Shown: positions 18,500 to 27,400 of the stretch, piece after piece
How the letters are laid out: every line of letters starts with the position of its first letter
Position numbering within the stretch: the stretch's first letter is position 1
NCBI GenBank assembly: GCA_050186075.1
Contig: JBFWYU010000012.1
Coordinates: 41,420-105,419, forward strand
DNA from: Bacteroidia bacterium
Lineage (GTDB): Bacteria; Bacteroidota; Bacteroidia; SXHM01
Direction of reading: 5' to 3'
DNA length: 64,000 nucleotides
Translations under genes and position numbers: made by a program
Notes under the pieces: model-generated
The model's database searches: none
What the model saw: only the letters and a program-made list of their open reading frames with translations
What the model was told of the DNA's origin: nothing

Positions 18500-21400
18500 A
18501 TGTTAAAGAAATTTTTACTTTTTTTCGCTTCCGCTATTCTTTTTTTTACGAATAGTTTTTCGCAGAATGTTACTGTTGAGATAGACGGAGATAATTTATA
18601 TTATTTTGAATCGAGTTGCGCAGACTGCAATGGAAACCCTGACCCGCGCTGGCGTGCACGTGTGTATTCACCAAGCGGACCGTATGACTGGAACGTTGAC
18701 CGTGACGGTGTTTGTGGTTGGTCAGGAAATACCAATTATGGCTGGGTTGCTCCTCAAACACAAGCATCTAATGCTACAATGACAATGCAGTTAAATGGAT
18801 GGGAATCAGATGGAGTATTTTGCGGTGGAGATGACTATAACTGCGGTGGCTATTCAACTGTAGGAACAGTACAGATTGATGCAAATCCGCCATGCCAATG
18901 GAATTATCAAAATCATGGTAGATGGTGCGGGGGCGGAGGTTATTATGAAATACAGTGGAGTTATTACTGGTATTATCAAACCATTAATTCAGGTTCAATT
19001 AACGGAACACAAACCATTTGTTCCGGTGGAGACCCAACAACGTTGGGTAATGCTTCCAGTGGCTCAACTTGGGTAAACTATTATTGGCAATACAGCGATG
19101 ACAGCGGTGGCTCATGGACAACAATTGGAGGTGCAACAGGCGCAACGTATGATCCACCTGCAGGCTTAACAAATACGCGTTGGTACAGGCGTGTGGCTTC
19201 TACCTGTGGGGGAGCTGCTGATGCTCCTACATCACCTGTAGTTGTTACGGTCAACACATTATCTGTTGCGCCTACAGGAATTACAGGTACTACCACTATC
19301 TGTAATGGCAACAGCACAACATTAACCCTAACCGGTGGATTTGCAGGTACAGGGGCAACTGCACAATGGTTTACAGGTTCATGCGGAGGAACTTCTGCGG
19401 GCACAGGTAATAGCATAACCGTTTCACCAACAACTACAACTACTTATTTTGTCCGTTATTCCGGAACTTGCAATACCACTACGTGTGCAAGCACAACGGT
19501 AACAGTTAACACCCTTTCCACAGCACCAACAGGTATTACCGGTACCACCACTATTTGTAACGGAAGCAGCACCACACTTACGCTTTCAGGTGGAAGTGCA
19601 GGAACGGGAGCAACAGCACAGTGGTTCACCGGTTCATGCGGAGGAACTTCTGCGGGAACAGGCAATAGTATTACGGTTTCACCGACAACTACCACAACTT
19701 ATTTTGTCCGCTATTCAGGAACTTGCAACACCACTACCTGTGCAAGTGTAACTGTAACTGTAAATACATTATCGGTAGCTCCAACCGGAGCCACCGGTGT
19801 TACCACCATTTGCAACGGAAGCAGCACAACATTAACAGTGTCAGGAGGAAGTGCAGGAACTGGCGCAACAGCTCAATGGTTCACCGGTTCATGCGGAGGA
19901 GCTTCTGCGGGTACCGGAAATAGCATTAACGTTTCACCGACAACTACAACAACTTATTATGTCCGTTATTCGGGAACATGCAATACCACAACGTGTGCAA
20001 CCGTAACCGTAACTGTAAATACGTTATCAGTTGCTCCAACGGGAGCAACCGGAACAACCACCATTTGTAACGGAGGCAGCACTACATTAACAGTAGCAGG
20101 AGGCAGCGCAGGTACAGGAGCAGTGGCAGAATGGTTTACTGGTTCATGTGGTGGTACTTTAGCCGGAACAGGAAATAGTATTACCGTTTCGCCAGGCACA
20201 ACCACAACTTATTTTGTTCGTTATGCAGGAACGTGTAATACAACAGGATGTGGAAGTGTTGTAGTAACAGTAAATACACTTTCTGTTGCACCAACGGGAG
20301 CAACGGGCACTACTACAATTTGTAACGGAAGCAGCACAACGCTTACTGTTGCCGGAGGAAGCCCAGGCACGGGAGCTGTAGCAGAATGGTTTACCGGTTC
20401 ATGCGGAGGAACTTCAGCAGGAACAGGAAACAGTATCACCGTTTCACCGACAACAACAACAACTTATTATGTTCGTTATGCAGGAACATGTAATACCACT
20501 TCATGCGGAACAGTAACAGTAACAGTAAATACATTATCTGTTGCGCCTGCAGGCATCACAGGAACTACTACCATCTGCAACGGTAACAGTACCACATTAA
20601 CCGTTTCAGGAGGCAGTGCAGGTACAGGGGCGGTGGTAGAATGGTTTAGCGGCTCATGCGGAGGAACTTCAGTCGGAACAGGTAACAGCGTTACGGTTTC
20701 ACCAACAACCACTACAAATTATTATGTACGCTACGCAGGAACTTGTAACACCACAACTTGTGCCAGCACAACCGTAACAGTTAATACACTCTCGGTAGCA
20801 GCAACAGGTATCAGCGGAGATGTAACAATCTGTACCGGAAGTCCTACAACACTTTCAGTTGTTGGCGGCTCACTAGGTACGGGTGCTACATGGCAGTGGT
20901 ACACCGGTTCATGTAACGGAACAAGTGCAGGAACAGGAACTTCAATTACTGTAAGTCCTGTATCTACCACCACGTATTATGTAAATGCAGTAGGAACTTG
21001 CAATACTACAGTTTGTCAAAGCGTTGCAGTAAACGTAAGTGTGTTGCCTAATGGAAACATCACAGGAACAACTGCAATTTGCATCGGACAATCAACTACG
21101 CTCACGTTTAATTTAACTGCAGGGTCAGGACCTTACGATGTTGTTTACACGGATGGTTCAACTAATTTTCCGCTTAACGGAATCAATTCAGGTCATACTA
21201 TTTCAGTAACTCCGGGTTCAACAACAGCCTATTCCTTTGTATCAATTACAGATGCAAATACCTGCTTGAGGAATTCCGGTTTCGGAGCTTCTGCAACAGT
21301 TACGGTTAATCCTTTGCCCGTAGTAACGTTTGCTTCATTCGGACCTTATTGCGTTAATAGTGCGGCTATATCTCTTTCCGCTTTTGGCTCACCTGCGGGA

Positions 21401-24400
21401 GGTTTGTTTTCAGGCCTCGGAGTAACAGGACCACAAGGTTCACAAACGTTTGTACCTTCAAGTGCCGGAGTGGGAACACATACACTCACATACACTTATA
21501 CAAACGGAAACAATTGCACAAGTTCTGCAACAAGAAACGTTACAGTTAATGCACTTCCGGTTGTAACATTTACAAATCCGGGAGGTCCATACTGTGCCAA
21601 CCAATCAACTCCTGTTGCGCTATCAGGTTCTCCTTCAGGAGGCACATTCAGTGGAAATGGCGTAAGTGGAAACTCATTCATTCCGGCTAATGCAGCGGTA
21701 GGAAATAACGTTCTTACTTACACTTATACCGATGGAAACGGTTGCACCAATACAGCACAACAAACGGTTGTTGTAACAGGACTTCCTCTTGTGACCTTCA
21801 GCGGACTTGCAGGACCTTATTGCGTAAGTCAGACTACACCTGTGTTACTTACAGGAAATCAAACAGGCGGCACGTTTTCGGGACCAGGTATTAGCAACCT
21901 CGGCAGCGGAACAGCAAACTTTACACCTTCTCTTGCTACCACCGGAGTTCATAACATAACCTTCACCTATACGGATGGAAACGGTTGTACTAATTCACAA
22001 ACACAATCGGTACAGGTTGTTGCTCTTCCTCTGGTAAGCATCAGCGGATTGGCCGCTTCTTATTGTGTAAGCAATGCTGCGGTTCAACTCACTGGTTTTC
22101 CTTCAGGCGGAACATTTAGCGGAACTCCTGCCGTAACGTCAGGCGGTTTATTCTCACCATCAACAGGTGAAGGAAATTATACGATTACTTACACGTACAC
22201 CAACGGAAACGGCTGTACTAACAGCACTTCAGTATCTACAGTAGTGAATGCACTCCCTGTCGTTTCGTTTTCCGGTTTTGCAAACCCTGCTCAATATTGC
22301 CAGAATGCTGCGGTAGTAAATTTAACAGGAAGTCCTGTTGGCGGAACGTTCAGCGGACAAGGTGTTACAAGCGGAGGTGTGTTCACTCCTTCAACAGCAG
22401 GATTAGGAACGCATACTATTACTTACAGTTATTCAGATGGAAACGGCTGTGCTAATACATCAACTCAATCGGTAACAGTAGTTGCAGTTCCAACAGTAAG
22501 CTTTACCGGCTTGGTTGGTGATTATTGCGTGAACGATGCTTCTGTAACATTAACAGGAAATCAATCCGGAGGAACATTCTCCGGTCCCGGAATAACCGAC
22601 AACGGAAACGGAACGGCTTCATTTAGCCCAACGGCAGCCGGCATTGGAGGCTCTTACGGAATTACCTACACCTACACAGATGGTAACGGTTGCTCAGGAA
22701 CTCAAACACAACAAACGGTTGTTCATCCGATGCCGGTTGTTGCTTTCAGCGGACTGAATGTAGCATATTGTGTGGATGCAAGTATTTCGCTGCTTACCGG
22801 TAGTCATGCCCCGGGCGGTTCATTTATCGGAACAGGTATTACCGACAACGGAAACGGAACAGCAACCTTTGATCCTGCTGCTGCCGGGGTGGGAGGGCTT
22901 TATGCAATCACCTATTCATACACTGATGTGTTCGGTTGTTCTTCTTCTATCAGCGAGAATACCTTGGTGAATGATACACCAAACGTTTCTTTCACAGGAT
23001 TGCACGACATCTGCATTGACCAGCCTGCTTTGATATTGACAGGAATTCCTCCTGGAGGTATCTTCAGCGGAAACGGTGTAAGCGGCAATGCTTTTTATCC
23101 AAGCCTTGCAGGTTTGGGAGTACAAACTGTAACCTATTATTATAACGATGGTAATGGTTGCGATGCATCCTATTCTGACTCAGCCCGCGTGTATGACATT
23201 CCGCAAATTACTGCGCAGCCAAATGATGTGCAGGTGTGCCCGGGTGATGCTGCTTCATTTAGTGTATCTGCTTTTGGTTTGGGTATAACCTACCAATGGT
23301 ATGTGAATGACGGAAACGGATTTGTAGTATTGAACAACGGAGGTATTTACAGCGGTGCAACATCAAGCACACTCTCTATCTCTGCGGTTCCGCCAACCTT
23401 AGATGGTTATCAGTTTAATTGTGTGGTAACGGGAGCAACCTGTCTTACTTCCACCACTTCTAACACAGTAACCATTATTGAAAATCCTTCACCAACCATC
23501 AATACTCAGCCTGTTGATTTTGCAGCCTGTGCCGGTGATAATGCTGTGTTCAGTGTTAGTGCATCTGGTACAAGTTTAACCTATCAGTGGCAGGTGAATA
23601 CCGGAGGCGGTTGGGTAAACGTAACCAATGGTGGTGTTTACAGCGGAGCATTAACCAATACATTAACCATTACCGGTTTCCCGGTAGGCATGGATGGATA
23701 CTTATACCAATGTGTTGTTACAGGAACTATCAATTGCACATCTAACAGCACTTCAAATCCTGCTGAACTGAATGTAACAACCTCGCCTAATATTGTTACC
23801 CAACCCGTAACACAAAATATTTGCGAAGGCGATAATGCAGTGTTTACGGTTACTGCACAAGGTTCAGGTTTATCCTACCAATGGCAGGAAAACACCGGAA
23901 GCGGTTTTGTAAACGTAATTAACGGTGGTGCCTACAGCGGAGCAACAACTGCAACTTTAACCGTTGCAGGAGTTATCAGCGGAATGGATGGTTACCAATA
24001 CCAAGCTATTGTTTCAGGTTCTTTCTGCGCGAATACTTCTACTACTAATACCGTCTTAATCAACATCACCACTTCACCATACATTGCTCAGCAGCCTGTT
24101 GATGCGTATGTATGTCCTACCGATCCTGCATCATTCAGTGTATCTGTTCAGGGAACCGGAATTACCTATCAGTGGCAGGTGAACAACGGAAGCGGCTGGG
24201 TGAACGTAACCAACACCGGAGTTTATTCAGGTGCAACATCTGCTACCCTGAATATTTCAAGTGTATTATCTAACATGGATAGCTACGAATACCGTTGCAT
24301 GGTGAACGGAACGTTCTGTTCAGGAACATCCACTTCATTGGTAGGAATTATCCACATCAACGGAGCACCTGTAATTACACAGCAACCAACCGATATGAAC

Positions 24401-27400
24401 TATTGCGTTGGTGATAATGCTGCTTTCACAGTAAATGCCAGCGGAACAGGATTAACTTACCAGTGGCAGGTTAACAATGGCAGCGGCTGGGTTGACTTAG
24501 TGAACGGAATTAATTACAGCGGAGTAAACAATTCTACCTTGAATATTCTTGCTGCACCGCTTTCATTTGATGGTAATCTTTACCGTGTTGTTGTTTCAGG
24601 AAGTATCAACTGTTCGGGAACTGTGACATCTGATGAGGTAATCTTCAACGAAGATCCTAATCCTTTCATCAGTTCACAACCTGTTGACCAATATGTCTGC
24701 ACAGGCGATAATGCTGTATTCAGCGTTACTGCAAGCGGCAGCGGATTGACTTACCAGTGGCAGGTGAACACAGGCGGAGGTTTTGTAAACGTAACCAACG
24801 GTGGTGTATACAGCGGTGCAACAACTTCAACGCTTAACATTACAGGTGTTATTGCAGGCATGGATGGTTACACCTATCAGTGTATAATCAACGGTACTAT
24901 CTGCACAGGAACTTCCATTACCAACATTGTTACTTTACACGAAACAACATCGCCTTATATTTCTGTTCAGCCGCAAGACCAATCGGTTTGCATCGGTGAT
25001 AACCTGGCGATGACAGTAACCGCAAACGGAAGTGGATTGACTTATCAGTGGCAGGTGAACACCGGAAGCGGTTTTGTAAACGTAACCGATGGTGGTGTTT
25101 ACAGCGGTTCTACTACTTCTGCGCTCATTATTGCAGGTGCAACGGTAGGAATGAATAACTACCAGTATCAGGTTATCATCAACGGAACTTCTTGTCCTGA
25201 TGCCTCTACTTCAAATGCAGTAACATTATATGTAGGACAAAGTCCTATGATTATTACCGACCCGGTAACAATGGCGGTGTGCGATGACTTTGATGCATCG
25301 TTCAGCGTAACAACCTTGGGCAACAACCTTACTTATCAGTGGCAGGTAAATACCGGAAGCGGTTTTGTTGATGTTGTTAATGGCGGAGTTTATTCCAACG
25401 CAACTACCACAACACTTAACATAACCGGAGCCGATGTTTCTATGAATGGCTACCAGTATCAGGTTATAGTAACAGGTTCTATCAACTGTGCGCTTACTTC
25501 TACTTCTGCAAGTGCGGTGTTAACGGTAAATCCGTTGCCGGTGGTAAGCATTTCAGGCTTGCTCACACAATATTGTGTGAATGCACCTGTCGTAACATTA
25601 ACAGGTGTTCCCTCTGGAGGAACGTTCAGCGGAACAGGAGTAACCGGAACCACTTTCTCACCTGCAACCGCAGGTGTTGGCGGGCCGTATCCTGTATTGT
25701 ATGAATACACCGATGGAAACGGATGCTACAACAACGCTACTATAAACGTAACCGTTGTTGCACAACCTGTAGTAAGTTTCACCGGATTGGCAGGTCCATA
25801 TTGTATCAACGACAATACACCTGTTGCACTCACCGGCTCACCTTCGGGCGGAACATTCAGCGGAACAGGAGTTACAGGAAATACATTTATTCCTTCCATT
25901 GCGCAATTGGGCAATAACTCGGTTACCTATACTTACACCAACCTGAACGGTTGTGTAAATTCAGTAACGCAGGTTGCAGTGGTTAACAATATTCCCGTTG
26001 TTTCTTTCAGCGGTTTAAATCCTGAATATTGTGAAGATGATAACACCGTAATAGTTCTTACCGGAAACAATGCAGGTGGAACATTTACTTCCAATGGTGC
26101 AGGGTTAACCGACAACGGAAACGGAACAGCTTCTTATGTTGCATCTGTTGCAGGTGCCGGCACACATACCATCACCTACACCTACACCGATGGCAATGGT
26201 TGTACTAATTCAGAGACACAATCGGTATTGATAAATACACTTCCTGCTCTTACATTCAGCGGACTTGCAAATCAGTATTGTGTTGTTGATCCGTTGACAA
26301 CGCTTACGGGTTTCCCTGGAGGCGGAACCTTCAGCGGACCGGGAGTAAGCGGTAACTCGTTTGACCCTGCAGTTGCAGGATTAGGCTTGCATACCATCCT
26401 CTATCAATACACAGATGGTGTAACAGGTTGTTCAAATTCTGTTGCTCAGAATACCATTGTATATGACCAGCCGGTGGCTGTTGCAGGAAATGGTGGTGAT
26501 GTATGCGGACTGGCTTTCAGTTTAGCAGCTACACCAAGCGTTGGAACAGGAACATGGACTGCAACAGGTCCGGGCACAGCAACCTATGCACCAAATGCTA
26601 ATGATGCCAATGCAACGGCAACGGTAAGTACTCACGGAACCTACACATTCACCTGGACCGAGAACAACAACGGTTGCTCAGATGCGGCTTCGGTTACGGT
26701 TAACTTTTACGACCAGCCTGTAGTAAGCGCAGGGCAGGGTGGAAGCGAGTGCGATCTTGACTTCACCTTCACCGGAACAACCAACCTGGGAACAGGAACT
26801 TGGTCTGCTGCAGGCCCGGGTACTGCGTTCTATACTAATAGCAGCAGCCCTACTTCATCGGTTATGGTTTCCACTTCGGGTGTTTATACCTTCACATTCA
26901 CGGTAACCAACGGAACCTGCCAGACATCTGATCAGGTAACGGTTAACTTCAATACACTGCCGGTTGCAGATGCAGGTGATGACGGAAGCGAGTGCGATCT
27001 TGATTTTGTTTTCAATGCTGCACCAACCATTGGAACCGGAACATGGACTCAGCTTTCAGGTCCCGGAACTTCAATCTTTAGTCCCGATGCAAACGACCCT
27101 GCGGCAACGGTTACCGTTACTGCGGTGGGAACGTATGTATTTGACTGGACCGAAGACCATAACGGTTGTACCAGTTCAGACGATGTATCGGTGGTGTTCC
27201 ATGCATTGCCTGTGGTAAGCATTTCTAATCTGAATGCTGCTTATTGCATCAACGAAACTGCTGTAATCAACATGACCGGCACACCTGCGGGTGGAACATT
27301 CTCCGGGCCGGGAGTAGTAGGAACAGTGTTCACGCCTTCTGTTGCCGGTGCGGGAATACACACGGTTGATTATACCTATACCGATAATTTCGGATGTACC

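Noticed and set aside
19081-20973. A series of 72-111-aa antisense ORFs lies opposite adhesin 2, with similar ones at 10002-10208, 10587-10793, 12921-13133, 25459-26115 and 27176-27828.
   Set aside because: They recur with the period of the sense-strand repeats and reflect the Gly/Thr/Ser/Ala codon composition (few antisense stops). The sense frame is one uninterrupted 3655-codon ORF with clear domain logic.
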